Of a stretch of DNA of 64,000 nt, positions 42,483 to 56,754 are shown one piece after another; within the stretch, counting starts at the first letter, position 1; each line of letters begins with the position of its first letter. The stretch comes from Eledone cirrhosa (lineage: Eukaryota), in assembly GCA_964016885.1 (NCBI GenBank), contig CAXHJY010000212.1, forward strand, positions 1-64,000, read 5' to 3'. The position numbers were made by a program, and so were the translations under genes. The notes beneath the pieces were generated by a model that saw nothing but the letters and a program-made list of their open reading frames with translations, did no database searches and had not been told where the DNA came from.

Positions 42483-43199
42483 AATGTGTAGCAACAAGGG
42501 CGGTGCCCCAGCATGGCCTCAGCCGGATGGCTGAAACAGGTAAAAGAGTAAAAGAGTATACCAAACACATATATATGCCGTTTTCAGAAATAATGAAATA
42601 TATTTATTGATAATAACAACAATTCAAAATTGCAGGTCTGTTTGGGAACAGAGTTCAAATTGACCAATCAAAATACAAAAAGTTTATACAGTTAGGTGTG
42701 TGTATATATATGTAAGTAACTTCGTTCCCAGATATGCATAAATATATATATTCACATGCATACGCATGCCAAAAAGATGTATGTAAATACAAAAATTCAA
42801 GGCTAATGTCTCTGTATGTTTATAATCTACAGATAAAATACGTATACACATATAAATATAAAATAAATATATACACACATTCATATACTCACACATATAC
42901 GTACATTCACACACACACACACGCGTATACGCATAAACATACACACAACCACGAACATACATACACACATACACCCCCACACACATATATATGTGTGTAT
43001 ATACTATTATCATAAGCATATGGACATTAATGCGCGCACATAAACACTGCCACACATATTTAGATCCAGATACAGAAAGTAGGTGGGGGGGGGGGAGAAG
43101 AGGTCAGTATTCACTGGTGTCAACAGACTGCCTATTTATAAATGTATCTATAAACTTAGAAATAAAAAGAAAAGAAAAAGAAAAAAGAAATATATCAAG

Positions 43200-43279
<80 letters not shown>

Positions 43280-43328
43280 CACATATATATAAACAAGTAA
43301 AATATAAAATATACATCGATATACATAC

Positions 43329-43360
<32 letters not shown>

Positions 43361-43577
43361 ATACACATACATGCATATACATACATACACATATACACAT
43401 ACACATACATATACAGACACACACCATATAAATACATATACACATACACACACGCATATATATAGAGACACATACATATACACATATAAATACATAGACA
43501 TATACACATATACACACACATATATATATATTTACACATACACGCATACATATATATATATACACATTCACAACACA

Positions 43578-43618
<41 letters not shown>

Positions 43619-43715
43619 CTACACACATATATAAACACACTCATGTATATACACACATACACATACATACCCACATATAAATATATATATATATACATAC
43701 ACATATACACATATG

Positions 43716-43761
<46 letters not shown>

Positions 43762-43847
43762 CACACACATACATATACACACACACACATACACACACAT
43801 ACACATACACATATATAAAGATATATATACACACACACCCACATATA

Positions 43848-43884
<37 letters not shown>

Positions 43885-44189
43885 CACACACATACATATA
43901 TATACACACATACATACACACATACATACTCATACATAGACATACATATATACACACACACACATACACACATACATATACGCATATATACACATACATA
44001 CACATCAATGTATGCGTATATACATACAAACAAACACCACCACACGCTCACACAACTCAGACATACATAGATAAAGGGATATACATACACATATATACAT
44101 ATATAAATAGAGATACATATATAAATAGAGATACATATACATATATAAAAATATACACACGTACACACACAAACACACATACATATACA

Positions 44190-44221
<32 letters not shown>

Positions 44222-44242
44222 CACACACATACACACATATAC

Positions 44243-44273
<31 letters not shown>

Positions 44274-44284
44274 CATATATATAT

Positions 44285-44317
<33 letters not shown>

Positions 44318-44405
44318 CATATATATAAAAAAATAAATAAATAAGATAAATAAATAAATAAATTAATACACACAGTCAGACAAATATGCACACACATACA
44401 TATAC

Positions 44406-44442
<37 letters not shown>

Positions 44443-44526
44443 TATATATATATACATATATATATATATACACACATACATACATATATATATATATACA
44501 CATACACACATCAACTACAAATATAT

Positions 44527-44558
<32 letters not shown>

Positions 44559-44723
44559 CACACACTCACATATACATGCGCACATACGTACACATATACA
44601 CATATACACATATACACATAGACATATACATGTGCATACATATACATACACACATATACCCACATAAATACATAGATACATATACATATATACACATATA
44701 TATACACACACATATATACACAC

Positions 44724-44754
<31 letters not shown>

Positions 44755-45438
44755 ATCATACACCCTTATTTACATGCGCACATATGTATTTTTATACTCA
44801 CATACAAACACCCAAACATACATACCTACCTACATATACATACATACATCCACGCTTACAAATACAAATAATAATAGTAGGGGGGGAGGGGGGGAGGGGA
44901 TTATAGTAAATATAGGTTTCAAGAAACATAGAATATTAATCTGCATTTAGATCATAATATGTGTTTACATAGTTTCAGTATTAGGAAATGTAAGAAAGAA
45001 GGCAAAATTATGCATTTCAATATAAGTATACCATTAATTATAGGTTAACTAAACTAAAGATAGCTAATATATTGATTTCTAAGGTGTATACTACTTAGGT
45101 TTATAATATTTGAAGCGGAATTTTGAAGTTAAATAGTAGTAGAGTATTAATTATAGTATAACTAAATTAAAATTATTAACGTTATGGTATCAATATTAGG
45201 AAATGAATTTAGTAATAGGGAAAAACAAATAAAGTATTACATCGGTAGTAGAATATAAATTATAGGTTAACTAAATTAAAAATTATATATTAATTTCTAT
45301 AGTATATGTTAATTAGGTTTATAATAATTAAAATAGATATTGTATTTTATCTATAGTAGAATATAATTATAGGTAAACAGAAATTAAAATTAAAATCAAA
45401 ATTAATACATACACATATACATATACATATATATATAC

Positions 45439-45469
<31 letters not shown>

Positions 45470-45936
45470 CATATTTTTTCAAAAATTGCAAAGAATATAT
45501 TAACTAGGTATACATCCAAAACCTATCTCAGTCTATGATTACATGACACTCTGCAATCCATCTGTATTAGGATATTAATTTTAAGCCAATTAAATTAAAT
45601 TTTTAGGTTGACCAAATTTAAAACCAAATTATAAATATAGTTCTAAAAATGTACATTAATTAGGTCTATAATACTAAAAATTATTTCTCTGTCATTGAAT
45701 ACACGATATTTTGCTATATTTTATCTGTAAAGGAATTTAAATAAAAGGTTAAATAAATTAAAATTAATCTATAAATTAATTTACGAAGTATATATTAGTA
45801 ATATTTAAAAGTTTTTCACAATTTATGATTACGCAATATTTTATAATCTCATCTGTAGTAGAATTTTAATTAAATTAAATTTATAGGTTAACTAACATTT
45901 AAATTAAATTATATATTAATTTCTAAAATAATGTTA

Positions 45937-46497
45937 TTAATTAGGTTTATAATATTTAAATGTTTTTCTTAGTTTATGATTACACGATATAATTAATTCC
46001 TGTCGTTTATTTAATAGGATATACTTAGATTTCATCATTTCAAATAGTTCTTGGGAACATAATCTACATTCATTTCTATTATTTTGATAAGGGGTGGCTC
46101 TTTTGAGCACACTCCAGGTCAAATCATATTCTATATTCTTATTTTTATAACTATTGATTTTTTCTGCTAGAGATGTTGTATTAGCCAGTGCGGCATTTTT
46201 AAAACTATGTTTGTGGGTATTAAACCTTGCCTTAAAATTGTTAGAAGTAGCTCCTATATATGAGCAAATAGAATCTTTAGTTTTAACATTACATTTATAA
46301 ACTATGTTGTTAACAAGACAATTTCCTTTTAATGGGCAGTTTGCTTTGTTTCTACAGTTACAACCTTTCGTTAATTCTGTATTTGAGGAGATATTATGGT
46401 TAGTTTGATGTATTGGTGGTATACTTATGGTATTCTTACATTTATATGCATTATAGGCACTTATATTTTGTTTTATGTTATTTGTTGTTGAGTATGA
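45937..46497 (-). pseudogene. GIY-YIG endonuclease C-terminal domain of a Penelope-like element
   Basis: Hand translation: SYSTTNN...CNCRNKANCPLKGNCLVNNIVYKCNV...YIGATSNNFKARFNTHKHSF...W...CRLCSQE...LLNKRQE...CNH; no RT present. Confidence 0.9.
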
Positions 46498-46745
46498 GTA
46501 TATTTTTATATATGTATATGTATCTCTATTTATATATGTATATATGTGTATGTATATCCCTTTATCTATGTATGTCTGAGTTGTGTGAGCGTGTGGTGGT
46601 GTTTGTTTGTATGTATATACGCATACATGGATGTGTATGTATGTGTATATATGCGTATATGTATGTGTGTATGTGTGTGTGTGTATATATGTATGTCTAT
46701 GTATGAGTATGTATGTGTGTGTATGTATGTGTGTATATATATGTA

Positions 46746-46792
<47 letters not shown>

Positions 46793-46858
46793 TATATGTG
46801 GGTGTGTGTGTATATATATCTTTATATATGTGTATGTGTATGTGTGTGTGTATATGTA

Positions 46859-46908
<50 letters not shown>

Positions 46909-46999
46909 TGTGTATATGTGTATGTATATATATATATATTTATATGTGGGTATGTATGTGTATGTGTGTATATACATGTGTGTTTATATATGTGTGTTG

Positions 47000-47035
<36 letters not shown>

Positions 47036-47267
47036 GCGTGTGTTGTGAATGTGTATATATATATATGTATGCGTGTATGTGTATATATATATATGTGTGT
47101 ATATTTGTATATGTCTATGTATTTATATGTGTATATGTATGTGTCTCTATATATATGCGTGTGTGTATGTGTATATGTATTTATATGGTGTGTGTATGTA
47201 TATGTATGTGTATGTATGTGTTTGTGTATATGTGTATGTATGTGTATGTATATGCATGTATGTGTAT

Positions 47268-47299
<32 letters not shown>

Positions 47300-47356
47300 C
47301 GATGTATATTTTATATTTTACTTGTTTATATATATGTGTATGTATATATATATATA

Positions 47357-47412
<56 letters not shown>

Positions 47413-48008
47413 CTTGATATATTTCTTTTTTCTTTTTCTTTTCTTTTTATTTCTAAGTTTATAGATACATTTATAAATAGGCAGTCTGTTGACACCGGTG
47501 AATACTGACCTCTTCTCCCCCCCACCTACTTTCTGTATCTGGATCTAAATATGTGTGGCAGTGTTTATGTGCGCGCATTAATGTCCATATGCTTATGATA
47601 ATAGTATATACACACATATATATGTGTGTGGGGGTGTATGTGTGTATGTATGTTCGTGGTTGTGTGTATGTTTATGCGTATACGCGCGTGTGTGAGTGAA
47701 TGTACGTATATGTGTGAGTATATGAATGTGTGTATATATTTATTTTATATTTATATGTGTATACGTATTTTATCTGTAGATTATAAACATACAGAGACAT
47801 TAGCCTTGAATTTTTGTATTTACATACATCTTTTTGGCAAGCGTATGCATGTGAACATATATCTTTATGCATATCTGTGAACGAAGTTACTTACATATAT
47901 ATACACACACCTAACTGTATAAACTTTTTGTATTTTGATTGGTCAATTTGAACTCTGTTCCCAAACAGACCTGTAATTTTGAATTGTTGTTATTATCAAT
48001 AAATATAT

Positions 48009-48163
48009 TTCATTATTTCTGAAGACGGCATATATATGTGTTTGGTATGTATATTTAATTTTGATAGTTTGTATAATTTTGTATAATTTTGTACATAGAT
48101 CTGTTGAATATGCATGCCAATTCTAACACATATATATCCTAGAAACGATCGTTAAATAATGAA
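48009..48163 (+). ncRNA. Type I hammerhead ribozyme with ~115-nt extended stem II
   Basis: Stem I ttcattattt/aaataatgaa (10 bp), CTGAAGA, stem II atatatatgtgtt/aacacatatatat plus tggtatgtatatttaa/ttgaatatgcatgcca, GAAA, stem III ac-gatc-gt, GUU triplet. Confidence 0.75.
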
Positions 48164-48412
48164 CTTTTTTTGTTTAATATAAGGAACTGTTTCATTGTTT
48201 TATTCATTATTTTTTTAATATTTTATCTTGACTCTGTATTCCGTTTATCTTTCACCGAAAGTGATTTTTCATTGCATCTCTTCTTTCCATGATATCCGGA
48301 TTACATTGAGTTCTTCATACGGATTGGACACTACCGTAAACTCTTGGTAGATTTATCTACATATATTCATATATATATATATACATATATATATATACAT
48401 ATATATATATAC

Positions 48413-48457
<45 letters not shown>

Positions 48458-49102
48458 CATATATATACATATATATATACATATATATATATACATATAT
48501 ATACATATATATATACATATATATACATATATACATATATACATACATATATACATATATATATACATATATATATACATATATATATACATATATATAT
48601 ATATACATATATATATACATATATATATATATACATATATATATACATATATATATACATATATATATATATACATATATATATACATATATATATATAT
48701 ACATATATATATACATATATATATACATATATATATACATATATATATATATACATATATATATACATATATATACATATACATATATATATACATATAT
48801 ATACATATATATATACATATATATATACATATATATACATATATATATATACATATATATATACATATATATATACATATATATATACATATATATACAT
48901 ATATATATATACATATATATATACATATATATATACATATATATATACATATATATATACATATATATATACATATATATATACATATATATATACATAT
49001 ATATATACATATACATATATATATATATACATATATGTATACATATATATATATACATATATATATACATATACATATATATATATATACATATATGTAT
49101 AC

Positions 49103-49154
<52 letters not shown>

Positions 49155-49161
49155 GTATATA

Positions 49162-49610
49162 GTGGCTGCCAACTCGTTTTCGAGTACGGCCACTACTTTA
49201 TATCCATGTAGGAGAACCCCTACCGATGCGCTGAACAAGTGTGACTTTTTAGTCCAGCCAGCGACTTGAAAACTCTGGTACAAACACTACACTTGTGACA
49301 ATTATTGACACATAGTGCTGGGCCCATGGTACCATGTGACGACAAGTGCAGAGAGATCTCCAGATATAAAGCAATGCCTGTGCCGTGAAGCTTTTATAGT
49401 GAGCAAAGGCACTGCACAAAGCCAGTCTCACTCTCTTAACCAAGATGATATTTACCAAAAAGAAGAACAAGTCAACATCATTGGATACCATCAGGGTTGC
49501 AGGTGTTATATCAGAGTTTTCCTTCTCCTAGAATTCTGCCTTGACAAAGGCTAAGGGGTCATCTCTCCCGGTGATTTTGAATGGTCATTGACCGTTAAGA
49601 GCTCCTTCCT
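49162..49610 (-). mobile_element. Bipartite non-autonomous RTE element, copy D
   Basis: Near-identical to copies A-C. Confidence 0.75.
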
Positions 49611-49670
49611 AGTAAATAATGAAAAAGTTTCAAAATAAATTTTTAAAAATTGACTTTACCTACTATAGTT

Positions 49671-49754
49671 AACTTTACCGATCGGTTTCGAATCCCAAAA
49701 ATAAAACGGAGACCATACGGCCTTCGTTGCAAAGAGAGATTCTCGTCAGAAGGT
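49671..49754 (-). ncRNA. Hammerhead ribozyme, inverted copy
   Basis: Reverse complement of 50109-50192 with one stem I mismatch. Confidence 0.75.
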
Positions 49755-50108
49755 TCTTTTCATTCAAAGAATATAAAATTCCTGAATTTAAATCACAAAC
49801 TAACGCTATCAAAAACTGTTCCTGGGATGGCACTTGGTTGGACAATACATGCGTACCTTGGCGCCTTGTGCGTGAAGGGACGTATTTCATATTACTACTA
49901 CCTCCACTAACGTTGAGAACAAACCGGGTCATTCCGATTGCTGCTGGCAACAGCGGTGGCTAGTTTGACCTACCTCCTTTTGCCTCTATCTTTGCTACGG
50001 CCCTTGATAAACCTGTTCTACATCATCCACTCTCATCCCAGGAACAGTTTTTGATAGCGCTAGTTTGTGATTTAAATTCAGGAATTTTATATTCTTTGAA
50101 TGAAAAGA

Positions 50109-50192
50109 ACCTTCTGACGAGAATCTCTCTTTGCAACGAAGGCCGTATGGTCTCCGTTTTATTTTTGGGATTCGAAACCGATCGGTAAAGGT
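50109..50192 (+). ncRNA. Type I hammerhead ribozyme
   Basis: acctt-CTGACGA-gaatctc...gggattc-GAAA-ccgatcgg-TA-aaggt; all three stems pair; GUA triplet. Confidence 0.9.
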
Positions 50193-50591
50193 AACTATAG
50201 TAGGTAAAGTCAATTTTTTAAAATTTATTTTGAAACTTTTTCATTATTTACTAAACCTTGTTTATATTTGTTCTGGCTCGTTAATTTATTAACCCGCCAT
50301 TGAACCACATTGGCACTAGGTTGGACAATACATGCGTACCTTGGCGCCTTGTGCGTGAAGGGACGTATTTCATATTACTACTACCTCCACTAACGTTGAG
50401 AACAAACCGGGTCATTCCGACTGCTGCTGGCAACAGCGGTGGCTAGTTTGACCTACCTCCTTTTGCCTCTATCTTTGCTACGGCCCTTGATAAACCTGTT
50501 CTACATCATCCACTCTCATCCCAGGAACAGTTTTTGATAGCGCTAGTTTGTGATTGAAATTCAGGAATTTTATATTCTTTGAATGAAAAGA

Positions 50592-50675
50592 ACCTTCTGA
50601 CGAGAATCTCTCTTTGCAACGAAGGCCGTATGATCTCCGTTTTATTTTTGGGATTCGAAACCGATCGGTAAAGGT
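50592..50675 (+). ncRNA. Type I hammerhead ribozyme, second tandem copy
   Basis: Same core 483 nt downstream. Confidence 0.9.
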
Positions 50676-50919
50676 AACTATAGTAGGTAAAGTCAATTTT
50701 AAAAATTTATTTTAAAACTTTTTCATTATTTACTAAAACTTGTTTATATTTGTTCTGGCTCGTTAATTTATTAACCCGCCATTGAACCACATTGGCACTT
50801 GGTTGGACAATACATGCGTAGCTTGGCGCCTTGTGCGTGAAGGGACGTATTTCATATATATATATACATATATATATATACATATATATATACATATATA
50901 TACATATATATATATACAC

Positions 50920-50950
<31 letters not shown>

Positions 50951-52471
50951 CATATATATACATATACATATATATATATATACATATATATATACATATA
51001 TAGATGAGATTCTACAGGACTAGAACTGTATGTATTGAGTACCTTACTTACTGTGGTTACCTCCGATTCAACCCGGAATAACGTATATATATACATATAT
51101 ATATACATATATATATACATATATATATATACATATATATATATACATATATATATACATATATATATATACATATATATATACATATATATATATACAT
51201 ATATATATACATATATATATATACATATATATATATACATATATATATATACATATATATATATACATATATATATACATATATATATATACATATATAT
51301 ATACATATATATATACATATATATATACATATATATATACATATACATATACACATATATATATACATATGTATATACACATATATATATACATATACAT
51401 ATATATATACACATATATATATACATATACATATATATATACACATATATATACACATATATATATACATATATATATACATATATATATACATATATAT
51501 ATATACATATATATATATACATATATATATATACATATATATATATACATATATATATACATATATATATATACATATATATATATACATATATATATAT
51601 ACATATATATATACATATATATATATACATATATATATACATATATATATACATATATATATACATATATATATACATATATATATACATATATATATAC
51701 ATATATATATACACATATATATATACATATACATATATATATACACATATATATATACATATACATATATATATACACATATATATACACATATATATAT
51801 ACATATATATATACATATATATATACATATATATATACATATATATATATACATATATATATACATATATATATATACATATATATATATACATATATAT
51901 ATACATATATATATACATATATATATATACATATATATATACATATATATATACATATATATATACATATATATATACATATATATATACATATATATAT
52001 ATACATATATATATACATATATATATACATATATATATACATATATATATATACATATATATATACATATATATATACATATATATATACATATATATAT
52101 ATACATATATATATACATATATATATATACATATATATATATACATATATATATACATATATATATATACATATATATATACATATATATATATACATAT
52201 ACATATATATATATACATATATATATATACATATATATATACATATATATATATACATATATATACATATATATATATACATATACATATATATATACAT
52301 ATATATATATACATATATATATACATATATATATATACATATATATATATACATATATATATATACATATATATATATACATATATATATATACATATAT
52401 ATATACATATATATATACAATAAAATAAAGTTAAATAAAAGTCAAATGATTAAAATTTAGCTTCGTTTATT

Positions 52472-52526
52472 ACTGCTATATATATTTCAGTGACAGCCAT
52501 CTTTGGCTGTGACCTCTTCAGGCAGT
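52472..52526 (-). ncRNA. Type I hammerhead ribozyme (left pLTR)
   Basis: Reverse complement of 55585-55639. Confidence 0.75.
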
Positions 52527-53721
52527 TTGAATTAGTATGGTATAGACAAGTACATATGTTGTTTAGGTGTATGATATTGTCAATACTCTGATATGCCCAG
52601 TTCCTTGCTGGGTTGTTAATTCACTGGGGAATTGGAGTCATATGAATTCAAACAAACGAATTTTCGTGTCACAGGTCCCCTTCTCCTCTCATCGGTCAGT
52701 TATTAGTGTTGTCATTGTTGGAGTTAGCTTAAAAATTGATAAAATGGTAGAAGGGACGAGGTGTTGAAGGAACAAAATATCAAAAAATGTGTCAAACTTC
52801 CCATTGTTCAGTTCTGAGAGCATTCCTCAGTCAGAAGTCTATAGAATTCTTTCTGGGGTGAGGCTCCCTGTAGTGTTTATGCCTGCTATTGTTCAGTACA
52901 TTTGACCTCCACCATTATTTTGGTACTGTTGTTGTTGTAGTGGTCAGCTTATATCTTGCTGCTGCTAACAATTTAGAAGTATTCAGTTTGTGTTTTCTCT
53001 TCATCCCACCCGCCACCATCGTAGTGGTGGTGGCGGGGGGGGGGGGGGGGGTTATTTCATGTATATGAAGAAATATAAGGCAATAAATGAAGAAAACAGA
53101 AGATAAATAAATAATATAATAAAATAAAATAATTAATATAATTTGTGTAATTTGAAAATAAATAAATAAATAAATAGAGAATAAAGAATAAAGAGTAAAT
53201 GAGAGATTGGTGAAAAAGTAATGATAATGTATATGGAGAAGTGAGAAATAATGTAGGATAAAGTGTGTGTGTGTGTGTGCTATAACCAATCTCAAGGTCA
53301 GAATATGTTGGATAGATTGGTATGATACAAGATGTTAAGATGAGATATTCAATGTGTTTGTGTTATAATCTATCTCAACTTAAAATAAATATAAGGTTAT
53401 ACAGTGAAGAGGGCAGAAAACAAATAACAAATTAATATAGAGAAATCAAGATTTAAGATTGGAACTTTAAAGTCAGAAATCTGGTAAATTAAAAGTGTTT
53501 GTGTTATAGATGTTGGCCAGATTATTATGGCTGTGTCCGATTCTGTCTCTAGGCTATCATGGTGTCTGCTCCGCCTGGGTTGTTCCCTATGGCTTGAGGG
53601 GAGTTCACAACCTAGGGTGTTGTAATTGTCCATATAGCTTGAGGGAGGTCTGGCCGAGAGGTGTTTTCATGTTCTGTAGAAGTCCCTATAGCTTGAGGGG
53701 AGTTCACATCTTCTTGTGTTG

Positions 53722-54212
53722 CTACTGTCCATATATTTTGAGAAAGGTCCCAGCTCTAAGGTGTCTGCATGTCCCGAAGAAGTCGGTTCTGAGGTTTATC
53801 AGGCCGCTTCCACCTCTTAGTATCTCGAGGGTCTCGTTCAGGCATAGTTTGCATATGCAAGATCCCCCTTTATCGGGTGGTACTTTCCTGATTATGTACC
53901 AGGCCAGAGAGTATGGGGTCCTGTCCAGCTTAAGCTTCCAGATCAGGTCGGAGAGAGCTGTGCTTTTCCTTTTGGCCTCCTTCTTGAATGAATGGCGATG
54001 GTTGTACCAGCGGTCCTTAAAGCTCGTTGATGTGGCTCCTATGTAGAGGTGTTCGGAGTTGGGGGTTTTAACCCTACAACCGTACACTATCTTCTTCTTG
54101 AGACATTCATTACCAAGGGGGCATGATTCGGGGTTTCTACAGTTGCAGAGGGTGGGCGGCCTCTGCGTGCTTAGATTAGGGTTCTCATTATGTGTTACAT
54201 GTTGGTCTTCCC
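53722..54212 (-). pseudogene. GIY-YIG endonuclease domain of a Penelope-like element, 5'-truncated
   Basis: CNCRNPESCPLGNECLKKKIVYGCRV...YIGATSTSFKDRWYNHRHSF...TALSDLIWKLK...CKLCLNE...INLRTD...CRH. Confidence 0.92.
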
Positions 54213-55584
54213 AACATAATCAGGAAAGTACCACCCGATAAAGGGGGATCTTGCATATGCAAACTATGCCTGAACGAGACCCTCGAGATACTAAGAGGTG
54301 GAAGCGGCCTGATAAACCTCAGAATCGACTTCTTCGGGACATGCAGACACCTTAGAGCCGGGACCTTTCTCAAAATATATGGACAGTAGCAACACAAGAA
54401 GATGTGAACTCCCCTCAAGCTATAGGGACTTCTACAGAACATGAAAACACCTCTCGGCCAGACCTCCCTCAAGCTATATGGACAATTACAACACCCTAGG
54501 TTGTGAAATCCCCTCAAGCCATAGGGAACAACCCAGGCGGAGCAGACACCATGATAGCCTAGAGACAGAATCGGACACAGCCATAATAATCTGGCCAACA
54601 TCTATAACACAAACACTTTTAATTTACCAGATTTCTGACTTTAAAGTTCCAATCTTAAATCTTGATTTCTCTATATTAATTTGTTATTTGTTTTCTGCCC
54701 TCTTCACTGTATAACCTTATATTTATTTTAAGTTGAGATAGATTATAACACAAACACATTGAATATCTCATCTTAACATCTTGTATCATACCAATCTATC
54801 CAACATATTCTGACCTTGAGATTGGTTATAGCACACACACACACACACACACTTTATCCTACATTATTTCTCACTTCTCCATATACATTATCATTACTTT
54901 TTCACCAATCTCTCATTTACTCTTTATTCTTTATTCTCTATTTATTTATTTATTTATTTTCAAATTACACAAATTATATTAATTATTTTATTTTATTATA
55001 TTATTTATTTATCTTCTGTTTTCTTCATTTATTGCCTTATATTTCTTCATATACATGAAATAACCCCCCCCCCCCCGCCACCACCACTACGATGGTGGCG
55101 GGTGGGATGAAGAGAAAACACAAACTGAATACTTCTAAATTGTTAGCAGCAGCAAGATATAAGCTGACCACTACAACAACAACAGTACCAAAATAATGGT
55201 GGAGGTCAAATGTACTGAACAATAGCAGGCATAAACACTACAGGGAGCCTCACCCCAGAAAGAATTCTATAGACTTCTGACTGAGGAATGCTCTCAGAAC
55301 TGAACAATGGGAAGTTTGACACATTTTTTGATATTTTGTTCCTTCAACACCTTGTCCCTTCTACCATTTTATCAATTTTTAAGCTAACTCCAACAATGAA
55401 AACACCAATAACTGACCAATGAGAGGAGAAGGGGACCTGTGACACGAAAATTCGTTTGTTTGAATTCATATGACTCCAGTTCCCCAGTGAATTAACAACC
55501 CAGCAAGGAACTGGGCATATCAGAGTATTGACAATATCATACACCTAAACAACATATGTACTTGTCTATACCATACTAATTCAA

Positions 55585-55639
55585 ACTGCCTGAAGAGGTC
55601 ACAGCCAAAGATGGCTGTCACTGAAATATATATAGCAGT
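55585..55639 (+). ncRNA. Type I hammerhead ribozyme (right pLTR)
   Basis: actgc-CTGAAGA-ggtcacagcc(aaagat)ggctgtcact-GAAA-tatata-TA-gcagt. Confidence 0.78.
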
Positions 55640-55786
55640 AATAAACGAAGCTAAATTTTAATCATTTGACTTTTATTTAACTTTATTTTACACTACTCCG
55701 GAGTAACCAAACCAACCTGCGCACTTCGTCGAGTGCTCCAGCCTGCATACTGAGGTGTTGGTATACAACCAACATAAACTCAAAAA

Positions 55787-55865
55787 CATATATATATACA
55801 TATATATATATACATATATATATATACATATATATATACATATATATATATACATATATATATAC

Positions 55866-55936
<71 letters not shown>

Positions 55937-56255
55937 CATATATATATAGATATATATATACATATATATATAGATATATATATACATATATATATAGATA
56001 TATATATACATATATATATACATATATATATAGATATATATATACATATATATATAGATATATATATACATATATATATACATATATATATATATATACA
56101 TATATATATAGATATATATATACATATATATATACATATATATATATATATACATATATATATACATATATATATATACATATATATATACATATATATA
56201 TACATATATATATACATATATATATACATATATATATACATATATACATATATAT

Positions 56256-56288
<33 letters not shown>

Positions 56289-56347
56289 TATATACATATA
56301 TATATATACATATATATATACATATATATATATACATATATATATAC

Positions 56348-56410
<63 letters not shown>

Positions 56411-56411
56411 C

Positions 56412-56480
<69 letters not shown>

Positions 56481-56709
56481 CATATATATATACATATATA
56501 TATACATATATATATACATATATATATACATATATATATATACATATATATATACATATATATATACATATATATATACATACATATATATATACATATA
56601 TATATACATATATATATACATACATATATATATACATATAAATATATATATATATACATATATATATACATATATACATATATATATACATATATATATA
56701 CATATATAC

Positions 56710-56754
<45 letters not shown>

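Larger units (their letters stand above)
38762..42557 (+). mobile_element. LINE-A, CR1/L2-group non-LTR retrotransposon, probably 5'-truncated in ORF1
   Basis: ORF1 plus intact ORF2, short 3'UTR with stem-loop cagcc-ggat-ggctg and (GTAAAAGA)2 tail; 5' end abuts (TA)n. Confidence 0.95.
42558..48165 (-). mobile_element. Penelope-like (Naiad-type) element 1: 5'-truncated GIY-YIG ORF plus long 3' pLTR with inverted copy
   Basis: Inverted arms 42558-44156 / 46498-48048 flank the endonuclease ORF; a hammerhead lies at the pLTR end. Confidence 0.85.
49612..50855 (+). mobile_element. 483-bp tandem hammerhead repeat (retrozyme/pLTR array) with inverted 5' segment
   Basis: Unit starts at 49829, 50312, 50795; 49612-49828 is an inverted partial unit. 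Confidence 0.9.
52421..55690 (-). mobile_element. Penelope-like (Naiad-type) element 2: GIY-YIG fragment with ~1.48-kb inverted pLTRs
   Basis: Arms 52421-53897 / 54214-55690 are nearly identical, with a ~316-bp spacer. Confidence 0.92.

Noticed and set aside
53722-54212. Selenocysteine/SECIS as reported for some Naiads
   Set aside because: No in-frame TGA in the retained GIY-YIG fragments and no SECIS identifiable by eye.
55270-55320. Second ribozyme in the element 2 pLTR (ttctgactgag...ctctcagaa)
   Set aside because: A hairpin is present but neither the hammerhead nor the HDV core is complete.
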